Source of the DNA: Candidatus Fermentibacterota bacterium | GTDB taxonomy: Bacteria; Fermentibacterota; Fermentibacteria; Fermentibacterales; JCC-6 | Length of the DNA stretch: 42,144 nt | Reading direction: 5' to 3' | Assembly (NCBI GenBank): GCA_963845085.1 | Contig: CAWJQI010000002.1 | Coordinates: forward strand, 1 to 42,144 | Part shown: piece by piece, positions 27,960-36,706 of the stretch | Layout of the letters: every line of letters begins with the position of its first letter | How positions within the stretch are numbered: position 1 is the stretch's first letter | Notes under the pieces: generated by a model | What the model saw: the letters and a program-made list of their open reading frames with translations, nothing else | What the model was told of the DNA's origin: nothing | Databases searched by the model: none | Position numbers and translations under genes: made by a program

Positions 27960-28850
27960 TCACAAATTCACCAGAACAATGGCAGCGGCAACCAAGAGCA
28001 GGGTAACTGCTTCCCTCGTTCCGAGCCGCTCGCCAAACACCGAATGGCCGACGATGGAGAGAAGACCGACCGTTCCGGCGCCGAACAGGGAGAATACAAC
28101 GGGGGCGTTCAGCTCATCCAGCGCGGGTATGAGAAACCATGAGCTGAAATAGTTCGCCAGCCCGAGGGGAATCCCCACGGCAAAGGATCCAAGGCCGAAC
28201 CTGAGGTGCTTTCGGAGCATGCCGGCAATCGAACACAACAGCGCTGAAGTGAAGACCCAGAGAAGGAAGAAATCCCTTTGCGGGGAACCTCCGTAATGCT
28301 GGTAGAGCTTGCTCCCAAACTCTGCGAAGCCGTTCAGGATGAACACGAGAAGGAGCACGGGTGCGAACCTTCCTCCCGCACCGGGAAAGGCCCCCAGGGC
28401 AACCGCAGTTACCGCAACCGCGATCCCGATCCACTGAATGGTTCCCGGGTATTCCTTCCAGAACAGCATTGAAAGGACCATGGGAAGAAGTATGCCCATC
28501 TTGGCGAAGCCGCCGGAAAGTCCAAGCCCGCTTGTTCCAAGAGCCTTCCGGTAGACCAGGAAGGCCAGAAAGTAAACAACACCGAGGGGAATCCCCGCAG
28601 TCATTCCCCAGACAGCGCCCGTTTCCTGAAGACCGGGCACTGCGTTTTCCGGAGCTTGCGAGCGAGAGAAAGAGGCCAGAGCCTCGATCGAACCGGCAAG
28701 GCTGGAACCCTGGATGAGAATCGAGAGCACAACTGCTGCAAGGTAGTTTGCTGCGATGACGGGAAGCACCGGCACGCCAGGCTTCCCGTAAACACGCAGA
28801 AGCACGGCCACCGAGGAGCTGCAGACTATCGCAAGAAGAAGGTGAAGCAA
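27960..28850 (-). CDS. EamA/DMT-superfamily transporter
   Basis: About 10 TM helices with internal repeat; ANY, WKE.P, GERL; GGAG SD before TTG 28850. Confidence 0.8.
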   Translation of the reverse strand: MLHLLLAIVCSSSVAVLLRVYGKPGVPVLPVIAANYLAAVVLSILIQGSSLAGSIEALASFSRSQAPENAVPGLQETGAVWGMTAGIPLGVVYFLAFLVYRKALGTSGLGLSGGFAKMGILLPMVLSMLFWKEYPGTIQWIGIAVAVTAVALGAFPGAGGRFAPVLLLVFILNGFAEFGSKLYQHYGGSPQRDFFLLWVFTSALLCSIAGMLRKHLRFGLGSFAVGIPLGLANYFSSWFLIPALDELNAPVVFSLFGAGTVGLLSIVGHSVFGERLGTREAVTLLLVAAAIVLVNL

Positions 28851-29025
28851 TGGTTCTCTCCGTCGGGAAACATGGCCCCGCTGCCTGGGCATGACCGGTG
28901 TGAGTCGAACGGGATGCACCGAATATGCTCCGGGGAGCACTTCCGGAAAAGCGTGCCCCCCGGGTTGAAACTGCAAACGCAGATTGAGAATGCGACAATG
29001 CTGATCTGCCTTCCCCGGGATGAAG

Positions 29026-30045
29026 TCAGCAGATCCTTGGCAGCAGCATGCCGCTCGGCATTTCAAGTATCCTGGTGGTTCCAAGAGAAGTGATGAGGTG
29101 GACCCCGGCATTCAGAGAGTCAGTTACACGGCCCACACACGTTGCTCCCCCGCCCAGTGCTTCAAGGGCTGCAGCGGTGTCAGGGGAGGGCACGAAAAGC
29201 ACGAATCTGCCCTCACAGGCCGATTGGAAGGGATCAAGCCCAAGGATCTCGCAGGCTCCGGCAACCTCGGCAGCCACCGGTACACTCTTCTCGTCGATCT
29301 CGATGCACCTGCCTGAGGCGACTGCGATCTCGTTGAGCGCAGCGGACAGCCCGCCGCGGGTCAGGTCCCTCATGCAGTGCGCGCAAATGCCGGCATTTGC
29401 GAGCGCAGCCACTTTTCCGTGCAGAGGGGCAATGTCGCTTTCAATCGTGAGTTCCAGAGAAATCCCCTCCCTGCATGCAAGAACGGCAATCCCATGCCTT
29501 CCCACATCACCGCTGACGAGCACCGAGTCACCGGGTGCGACCTTTCCGGGTCCAACGTTCATGCCCCGCGCTATCTCCCCGACCCCGGCCGTGCAGATGT
29601 AGACGCCGTCGCACTTGCCGCGGTTAACGACCTTGGTGTCGCCGGTGACGATCCTCACACCGCACTGACGGGCTGCGACAGCCATCGAATCAACAACCCT
29701 GCGAAGCGTATCAAGGGGGAGGCCTTCTTCGAGAATGAAACCTGCGCTGAGGAAGCGGGGCATCGCACCGCACATGGCAAGGTCGTTGACCGTTCCTATG
29801 ACTGAGAGCGAGCCAATGTCTCCGCCCGGGAAGAACAGGGGTTCGACCACGTGGCAATCAGTTGTGAACGCGATATCGGCCGGGCTTGCAGGAAGTGTTG
29901 CTCCGTCGTGCTGCTCACCACCAGGCGGCTTTCCGAAGGCGGCTATCATGACTTCCTCGATGAGCTGGTTCGTCAGCCGTCCGCCGCCTCCATGCGCCAT
30001 GGTGATCGCATCCGACGGTGCTGATGGCACGGGGCAGCGGATCAT
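29026..30045 (-). CDS. hypE: Hydrogenase maturation protein HypE
   Basis: MAHGGGG, FFPGGDIG, VNDLAM, GDTKVV, RDLTRGG, C-terminal PRIC; ATGA overlap with hypD. Confidence 0.97.
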   Translation of the reverse strand: MIRCPVPSAPSDAITMAHGGGGRLTNQLIEEVMIAAFGKPPGGEQHDGATLPASPADIAFTTDCHVVEPLFFPGGDIGSLSVIGTVNDLAMCGAMPRFLSAGFILEEGLPLDTLRRVVDSMAVAARQCGVRIVTGDTKVVNRGKCDGVYICTAGVGEIARGMNVGPGKVAPGDSVLVSGDVGRHGIAVLACREGISLELTIESDIAPLHGKVAALANAGICAHCMRDLTRGGLSAALNEIAVASGRCIEIDEKSVPVAAEVAGACEILGLDPFQSACEGRFVLFVPSPDTAAALEALGGGATCVGRVTDSLNAGVHLITSLGTTRILEMPSGMLLPRIC

Positions 30046-31124
30046 GAAAGCCCGCCGTACCTGAAATGGGCGGCGCATGCCCCCTCGGAAGAGACCATGG
30101 GTGCGCCCAGTGGAGACTCGGGAGTACACCTGGTTCCGAAGTGGGGGCAGTCCGGCGGCGCGACCTCACCTGTGAGGACCTTGCCCGCCATGCAGCCCGT
30201 TTCCCCGGATGAGTCGCGCAGCACGACACCGAACCTCTCAAGGGCGTTGAAGCCAGCCCACTGGTCTGAAAGGTCCATTCCGCTCCCCGGGATAGTGCCG
30301 AGCCCCCTCCAATTTCTGTCAACCACTTTGAACACCCGGTTAACCAGCGCCATTGCATCGGGATTACCATCGATGGAGACGGAGCGGGTGTACTGGTTCT
30401 CTACACTGTGGCGGCCATCCTCGAGTTGCCGTACGCACATGAGCACAGCCTGAAGTATGTCCGCCGGTTCGAATCCCGCGACAACGATTGGGATGGAATG
30501 CATGGCCGAAATACCGAGGTATGGCTTCCAGCCAGTGACCGTGCAGACATGCCCGGCGGCCAGGATGCCCTTCACCCTGCACTCCCTCATGGACAGCACG
30601 GCCTCGATGGCTTGAGGCACCAGAACATGACATGAAAGCACGGAAAAATTGCCAAGGTCACGGGCTGAAAGGAGCGCTGCTGCCGTTACCGGGGCGGTTG
30701 TTTCGAAACCAACAGCGAACATCACGACCTGGCTGCTGGGATTGCTGCGGGCGAGGCTCACCGCATCGAAGGGAGAATAGACCATGCGCACGTCCCCGCC
30801 TCTGGCCCGTGCCGTGTTGAGGTCGCAGCTGCTCCCGGGAACCCGCAGCATGTCGCCGAAGGAACAGAGAACAACCCCCGGCCTCGAGGCGAGGTCGATC
30901 GCCGCATCGATGTGCGAAACAGGCGTTACGCACACGGGACACCCGGGCCCATGAATGAGCTCAACGGCTCCTTCGAGCATTCCCTGAATGTCGTACCTGA
31001 GTATTGTGTGGGTCTGGCCGCCGCATACCTCCATCAGAGTCCAGGGACGGGTGGAGGTTCTGCGTATCTCATCAACGTAGCGATGGCAGAGTGCAGGATC
31101 GCGATACTCGTCAACGAACCGCAT
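30042..31124 (-). CDS. hypD: Hydrogenase maturation protein HypD
   Basis: MEVCGGQTH, HGPGCPVC, GFETT, GHV, MVSSEGAC. Confidence 0.97.
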   Translation of the reverse strand: MRFVDEYRDPALCHRYVDEIRRTSTRPWTLMEVCGGQTHTILRYDIQGMLEGAVELIHGPGCPVCVTPVSHIDAAIDLASRPGVVLCSFGDMLRVPGSSCDLNTARARGGDVRMVYSPFDAVSLARSNPSSQVVMFAVGFETTAPVTAAALLSARDLGNFSVLSCHVLVPQAIEAVLSMRECRVKGILAAGHVCTVTGWKPYLGISAMHSIPIVVAGFEPADILQAVLMCVRQLEDGRHSVENQYTRSVSIDGNPDAMALVNRVFKVVDRNWRGLGTIPGSGMDLSDQWAGFNALERFGVVLRDSSGETGCMAGKVLTGEVAPPDCPHFGTRCTPESPLGAPMVSSEGACAAHFRYGGLS

Positions 31125-31378
31125 CAGTTGTCCCGGATCTCCGGAGAATGCGACGCGAGGATCCTTTCCAGATAGCCGTTCACCTCCCGGGCTTCGGCCT
31201 GATCCAGACGGTTCAGAGCGAACCCCGCGTGCACGATGACGAATTCACCGACCTGCGCATCGGGAACCCCGGCCATGCACACCTCGCGGACTGCACCGCC
31301 AAAACTGACCCTGGCCCTCATGGAAAGGGGATCCTCACCCCAAATCTCAAGAATCTCTCCGGGTATTCCCAGACACAT
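31124..31378 (-). CDS. hypC: Hydrogenase chaperone HypC
   Basis: MCLGIPG, VHAGFA. Confidence 0.96.
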   Translation of the reverse strand: MCLGIPGEILEIWGEDPLSMRARVSFGGAVREVCMAGVPDAQVGEFVIVHAGFALNRLDQAEAREVNGYLERILASHSPEIRDN

Positions 31379-31458
31379 GCCGACTCCTGCCCGTCAGGTG
31401 ATACATCACAGTGATTATAGACAGGGAGGTCACGGTTGGGAACGAGGTGCGGCCTCCG

Positions 31459-32274
31459 TCACGCCTTGCGCTCCTTCACAGCCTTCAGGCTGAAAAGAAG
31501 GGGGATGCGGTTATGGGGTTCGGGAAGCCTCCAGAACCCGTCATCACTGCAGATCATGCTCTCAAGGGCTTTCCAGTGGAGAAAGTCGAACTCGTGGATC
31601 CACCTGATCCGAAGGCCTGAATCGACCAGGGCGTTGTGCACATCGCCGAGGGTCCAGGTGAACTCCCGCGTGGGATTCTGCACCCTGTAGTTCTCATCTG
31701 CGTAGTCCGGCACATCACCGGGCCAGTCCTGCGGCCTGCCGTGGGAAAAATAGTGATGAAGCACCCGCAGGCCGTCGCACTCATCATCAAAGACATGGAG
31801 GAATGGATGAGACTCCATCAGGTAGAATTCTCCCCCCGGCTTCAGATACCGGGCAACCATGTCGGCCCACAACCTTATGTCGGAGATCCAGCACAGTACA
31901 CCGATGGACGTGTACACAAGGTCGAACTGCTCGTTCAGCACCGATGGCAGGTCGAACAGGGGTGCGTTGATGAACCTTGCGGACAACCCGGTTCTTGCGG
32001 CAAGACTTCTGGCTTCTTTCAGGGATTCCTCCGAAAAGTCAACACCCGTTATCTCCGCCCCGAGCCTGGCCAGTGAAAGGGTGTCCGTGCCGATGTGGCA
32101 TTGAAGGTGCAGTGTCGCAAGCCCACTGATGTCACCCAGCTCGCTGACCTGGACAGGGTCAAGCCGGTGTCCTCCGGCGAGAAGGCGCGACACGTCGTAG
32201 GATCTGCCGTGCACCGGGGCGAGTTCGTCCCAGTACCTTCGGTTGATCTGCTCGGCCTCGATGTTTCTGCTCAT
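31459..32274 (-). CDS. Class I SAM-dependent methyltransferase
   Basis: LHLQCHIGTDT, GVDFS, FDLVYTS, LKPGG, HPF. Confidence 0.9.
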   Translation of the reverse strand: MSRNIEAEQINRRYWDELAPVHGRSYDVSRLLAGGHRLDPVQVSELGDISGLATLHLQCHIGTDTLSLARLGAEITGVDFSEESLKEARSLAARTGLSARFINAPLFDLPSVLNEQFDLVYTSIGVLCWISDIRLWADMVARYLKPGGEFYLMESHPFLHVFDDECDGLRVLHHYFSHGRPQDWPGDVPDYADENYRVQNPTREFTWTLGDVHNALVDSGLRIRWIHEFDFLHWKALESMICSDDGFWRLPEPHNRIPLLFSLKAVKERKA

Positions 32275-32303
32275 TGCCCTCCCGTGGATCCGCGCAAGCT
32301 CCG

Positions 32304-33065
32304 TCAGAAGATGAAAGGGTTGAAGAGCCGCAGACCCCGTATCGGCTGATACTGGCTTGAGTTAAGGACTGCCGTCTCCCCTTGCAGCGTGTCTATCCAG
32401 AACATGGCATAGTCGCCGTTCTCGAGGGAAACGAAATAGCTGCCGTTATTCTGGGCAGCGATGGTGCTTCGCCATGCGGCGTCACCCGGACCGGGTGCAA
32501 CAGTGTTCGACGCCTCAGCGATGTGGGAATAGCTTCCCCCGGGGTAACTCTCGGGGTCGTAGTTGCCCCGGAAGAAGAGGATGGTCCCTCCCTCGGACCG
32601 GACGTAAAGGTCCTGATGGAACGAGGGATCGGTGGCATCCCCGATCGCGACGTGCGTTGACAGGAACTGGATACCGTTCGATCCCTGAAGGCCCAGGGTG
32701 TCGTCGGGGGTGAAATTCGTTGCCCTGTCGTCCGCAATGTTCGACTGCTCCTGAGACGAATCGATTCCCCTGATGGCATCAACACAGTAGTACCCGGTGC
32801 TGCCCGCGATGTGGGAGACGCCGGTACCCTCGACCTGGGCAATGATCTGCCAGTTTCCCGGGTTTGTTGATGCGAACCAGACCCTGTACCCATCCACCTC
32901 GACATCCACCGGATCCCACGCAACAGTTACGGTGTCGCCCCTGCTCTCCTCCTGCATTATCCTGCAGTTCTGAACCGTCGGAAGCGTACCCCCCGGCGAA
33001 CTGGGGGAGTCAGAGCATCCCGAAAGCAGTTGAAGAAGGACGGCGGCAGCCATCAGTCTTTTCAC
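32304..33065 (-). CDS. Lipoprotein with Fn3-like N-terminal domain
   Basis: AAGGAGG SD before GTG 33065; lipobox LSGC; VTVAWDPV...GYRVW. Confidence 0.72.
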   Translation of the reverse strand: MKRLMAAAVLLQLLSGCSDSPSSPGGTLPTVQNCRIMQEESRGDTVTVAWDPVDVEVDGYRVWFASTNPGNWQIIAQVEGTGVSHIAGSTGYYCVDAIRGIDSSQEQSNIADDRATNFTPDDTLGLQGSNGIQFLSTHVAIGDATDPSFHQDLYVRSEGGTILFFRGNYDPESYPGGSYSHIAEASNTVAPGPGDAAWRSTIAAQNNGSYFVSLENGDYAMFWIDTLQGETAVLNSSQYQPIRGLRLFNPFIF

Positions 33066-33249
33066 ATCAGCCTCCTTGAAGGTCACAGGTCATGCTTCAT
33101 CGGGCTGTATGTCCGGACAGCCCGGATCGTTCCATCCCGGATCAGGACGGAAGCTCATGGGTGCATCGCCGAACGGCTTGGGAAGCACTGCTTCTCCGGG
33201 GAGGCTTCTGCACCCTCCTCCACTTGTTCAGACGCCGGAACGCGAATAG

Positions 33250-33278
33250 TTGCGGTTTCTTCACGCACCAAGTATGTT
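33250..33278 (+). promoter_or_regulatory. Probable sigma70 promoter of the DEAD-box helicase gene
   Basis: TTGCGG-17 nt-TATGTT. Confidence 0.45.
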
Positions 33279-33404
33279 ACACCCCATTGAAGGGGAGCAC
33301 TACAAACTTTGTTTCCCCTTCACCACGCAGCAACAGTTGCTGTCCTTTCTTTTCCACGCGTCCGGCGGGTAGAGATCGTACAAGTGCCGGACCAGGAAAG
33401 AACA

Positions 33405-34709
33405 ATGAAACATTATACCGTTGCGCCTTCACAGCGCACAGAGTTGTCCACACCCTCAACGCATTTTTCGGAAAACGTCTTTGGATCGCTTATCCCGGAA
33501 ATCCAACAGGCGTTGGCAATGCAGGGCTACAAAACCCCCACACCCGTTCAGGAGCAGTGCATCCCGCATCTCCTCAAAGGACGGGACCTTATGGGCACTG
33601 CCCAGACCGGTACCGGGAAGACAGCGGCGTTCGCACTCCCCTTGCTCCAGATGCTCTCCGGCAACAGCCGCAGACCGGCCCCGGGCACGCCCCGTGCGCT
33701 TATCCTGGCACCCACGAGGGAGCTTGCAGCTCAGATCGATGAAAGCATGGCCACGTACGGCCGGTTTCTCCGCCTGAGCCACACCGTTGTTTTCGGAGGG
33801 GTCAGCCAGGCCGGGCAGGAACGCGCACTCAACCGGGGGGTCGACATTCTCACAGCCACACCCGGTCGGCTGCTCGACCTTGTCCAGCAGGGGTTCATAC
33901 ATCTCGGCAGTGTCGAGTACTTCGTTCTTGACGAAGTTGACAGAATGCTGGACATGGGGTTCATCCCGGACATAAGAAGAGTGCTCGCCATCATACCCGA
34001 GAAGCGTCAGACCCTCTTTTTCTCCGCGACCATGTCGCCGGGGATGGAAGAACTTGCGCGAACCATCGTTCACGACCCCCTCAGGATCTCCATCGAGCCT
34101 GATATGCCAACGGTGGAAAGCATCGATCAGAAGGTTCTGTTCGTGGGAAAAGCCGACAAGGACGCTCTTCTCGTTTCCCTCCTGAGCGATCCGCGGGTCG
34201 GCAAAGCGCTGATCTTCACACAGATGAAGCATACCGCCAACAAGGTGGTGAAGAAGCTCTGCGCAACCGGGATCACCGGGACAGCCATCCACGGAAACAA
34301 GAGCCAGTCCGCCAGGACCAGCGCCCTGTCGGGTTTCAAGGGGAACCGCTTCCAGGTTCTCGTGGCCACGGACGTCGCTGCGAGAGGGCTGGACGTTGAC
34401 AACATTACTCACGTGATCAACTACGATCTTCCCATCGAGGCCGAAACATATATCCACCGCATCGGACGGACGGCGAGGGCCGGTGCCGGTGGCGACGCCA
34501 TATCCTTCTGCTGCGCAGAGGACAGGGAATGCCTGCATCAGATCGAACGCCTTCTTGGAAAGCCGGTTCCGGCCAGCATGGACCACGAGTTCCACTCCGA
34601 GGAAGCCTTCAGGTCAAGTCAGCCTGCTCCTGTGAACTTTGGTCGGGGAAGCTCCAATCAAAGGCGAAGGTTCACCTCGGGAAGACAGGGTGGCAGCCGC
34701 AGGGGCTGA
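33405..34709 (+). CDS. rhlE: DEAD-box RNA helicase (RhlE-like; motif II reads DEVD)
   Basis: Q-motif TPTPVQ, AQTGTGKT, PTRELA, TPGRL, DEVD, SAT, ARGLD, HRIGRTAR; RG-rich tail. Confidence 0.9.
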   Translation: MKHYTVAPSQRTELSTPSTHFSENVFGSLIPEIQQALAMQGYKTPTPVQEQCIPHLLKGRDLMGTAQTGTGKTAAFALPLLQMLSGNSRRPAPGTPRALILAPTRELAAQIDESMATYGRFLRLSHTVVFGGVSQAGQERALNRGVDILTATPGRLLDLVQQGFIHLGSVEYFVLDEVDRMLDMGFIPDIRRVLAIIPEKRQTLFFSATMSPGMEELARTIVHDPLRISIEPDMPTVESIDQKVLFVGKADKDALLVSLLSDPRVGKALIFTQMKHTANKVVKKLCATGITGTAIHGNKSQSARTSALSGFKGNRFQVLVATDVAARGLDVDNITHVINYDLPIEAETYIHRIGRTARAGAGGDAISFCCAEDRECLHQIERLLGKPVPASMDHEFHSEEAFRSSQPAPVNFGRGSSNQRRRFTSGRQGGSRRG

Positions 34710-34743
34710 ACCCTTCCTGATCGACCGTTCACGGCGCCAATGC

Positions 34744-35943
34744 TCATGAGCCCCGGAAGATCACCTCTTCCCTGCTGAACCAGCGTGAGCAGAAGGCAAG
34801 ACCTGCGCCTGCAAGCAGAAGAAGCACCGCGAATATCTCGGCCATGAAGAGCGGGTTGATGGTCCCTCCGATTATCTCCTTCGTCGCGAGCGAGATGTTC
34901 AACAGCGGAATCAGCGCAGTGACGGCGTTCAGCTCCACTCCTGGAAAAATCCCGATGAGAAGGGGGATCAGGACCATGAAATTCAGGGGTGTCATGATGC
35001 TCTGGGCTTCCTTGTAGGTTCTGGAGAAGATTGACACCGAGAGCAGCAGAGCGCTGAAAAATGCGCAGAGCGGCACAAGCATAGAGAAGAAAAGCAGTAT
35101 TGAGCGTGGTTCGATGATGCTCAATACTCCCGACAGGACCTCGGCCGGCACGGGGCTTCCGTATCGGAGAACCAGATACAGCCAGGTGAACGACGCCACC
35201 GCGGTGAACACCCCGGAAAGACCCACCACGAGGAACTTCGCAAGGACTATCTGCCCCCTTGTCGCGGGCGAGATCAGAAGGGTTTCGATGGTTCCCCTCT
35301 CCTTCTCGCCTGCAGCGAGGTCGATGGCCGGGTACATCGCTCCGAGAAAACAGAACAGAATAATGAAGTAGGGGAACATGCCGCCTATGCTTTCCCCCAC
35401 CCTGGCGCGCGCCGACGACAGGTCGCGGGGCGTGATGCGAAGCGGAGAGGAGAAATCAATCTCCAGTCCGCGCTTTCGAAGCCTTTCCCGAAGGATCAGC
35501 TCTCCGTACTCATCGAGCATGGCCTGCAACCTTGGAAACGCACCCTCGTTCTCGGCCACCGATCCCATGTAGTAGACCTGTACCTCCGCAGTGCCTTCGC
35601 GGGTCAGGGCTTCCTCGTAGTCAGAGGGGAACCGGACGACGAAATCGAGCTCGCCCGATTCGATCATTCCGCTGACAGCGCTGTCCGGGATGGTGTGCGC
35701 GATTTCGACGCCCCCGGAACCCTCCAGTATCCGGGTGAACTCCGGGACGGGAACCGGCGAGATCACGGAGACCCTCATGATCTTCTCCCGCGCCCTGTTT
35801 TCCATGTTCATTCCGAGCCGCATCGTCAGGTTGAACACAAGGAAAATCGCGAGGAAGGGCATGAATATCATGAAGAATATGGTCCTTCGGTCGCGGAGCA
35901 TGTCCTTCAATTCCTTTTTGAAGATCGTGATGACCTGCCTCAT
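34744..35943 (-). CDS. ABC-2 permease, NatB-like
   Basis: KKELKDMLRDRRT, AGEKERGTIETLL, RTYKEAQ. Confidence 0.88.
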   Translation of the reverse strand: MRQVITIFKKELKDMLRDRRTIFFMIFMPFLAIFLVFNLTMRLGMNMENRAREKIMRVSVISPVPVPEFTRILEGSGGVEIAHTIPDSAVSGMIESGELDFVVRFPSDYEEALTREGTAEVQVYYMGSVAENEGAFPRLQAMLDEYGELILRERLRKRGLEIDFSSPLRITPRDLSSARARVGESIGGMFPYFIILFCFLGAMYPAIDLAAGEKERGTIETLLISPATRGQIVLAKFLVVGLSGVFTAVASFTWLYLVLRYGSPVPAEVLSGVLSIIEPRSILLFFSMLVPLCAFFSALLLSVSIFSRTYKEAQSIMTPLNFMVLIPLLIGIFPGVELNAVTALIPLLNISLATKEIIGGTINPLFMAEIFAVLLLLAGAGLAFCSRWFSREEVIFRGS

Positions 35944-35944
35944 C

Positions 35945-36706
35945 TCACGCCTCCTCAACTATCCGTATGAACTCGTCCTCAACCGATTTCGTCTTCATCC
36001 CTTCCGTAAACGACGCGAAGGTGTCGCAGAAGAGAAGCCTGCCTTTGTGAATTATCGCAAGATCATCGCTGAGAAGGCTGACCTCTCCCATGATGTGGGT
36101 GGAGAAGATCACGGTCTTTCCTTCGTCGCGGCATCCTCTGATAAGGTTGATGATCGACTTGGCGGTGATGACGTCCAGGCCTACAGTGGGCTCGTCGAAC
36201 ACCACCACTTCGGGGTCGTGGATCATCGTCCGGGCGATCGAGACCTTCTGCTTCATTCCGGAAGAAAGGGCTCCCAAACGGCGGTTCGCGAACTCCGAAA
36301 TTCCCAGTGACTGGAACAGCAAGTCCCGGCGCTTTTTGAAGCGGTCGCGCTCCATGCCGTAGAGTTCTCCGTAGTAGGAGATGATCTCGGAAGGGGTCAG
36401 CCGCTCGTACAATCCGGTGGTGCCGGTGAGGAAACCTATCGTTCCGCGCACTTTGCGCTGCTCACTGACCGTGTCGAAGCCGGAAACAGTGATCCTTCCG
36501 GAGGTGGGCACAAGCATCGTGGCTATCATTCTGAGCATGGTGGTCTTTCCGGCTCCGTTGGGGCCGAGAAGCGAAAAGACCCTTCCCGGAAGGCAGGAAA
36601 AGCTGATGTCGTCCACCGCATTCACTCCGGCCGAGCCAGTCCTGTCACTGCCCCTGCCTCCCCTGCGTCTGTTGAAATGCTTTGTAACGCTTTCGGCACG
36701 GATCAT
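35945..36706 (-). CDS. ABC ATPase, NatA-like
   Basis: GPNGAGKT, LSSGMKQK, FDEPT, STH; 4-nt overlap with hypF. Confidence 0.92.
   Translation of the reverse strand: MIRAESVTKHFNRRRGGRGSDRTGSAGVNAVDDISFSCLPGRVFSLLGPNGAGKTTMLRMIATMLVPTSGRITVSGFDTVSEQRKVRGTIGFLTGTTGLYERLTPSEIISYYGELYGMERDRFKKRRDLLFQSLGISEFANRRLGALSSGMKQKVSIARTMIHDPEVVVFDEPTVGLDVITAKSIINLIRGCRDEGKTVIFSTHIMGEVSLLSDDLAIIHKGRLLFCDTFASFTEGMKTKSVEDEFIRIVEEA

Noticed and set aside
28890..28925. tRNA-like GTTCGACTC on the minus strand
   Set aside because: The flanks do not form a T-stem and no cloverleaf can be built.
33926..33940. DEVD instead of DEAD in the helicase
   Set aside because: A common DExD variant; all other motifs are intact.
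33456..34595. Long antisense ORFs (e.g. 33456..34595, 13871..14884, 37513..38403, 39269..40210)
   Set aside because: Shadow frames of well-supported genes in GC-rich DNA, with no motifs.
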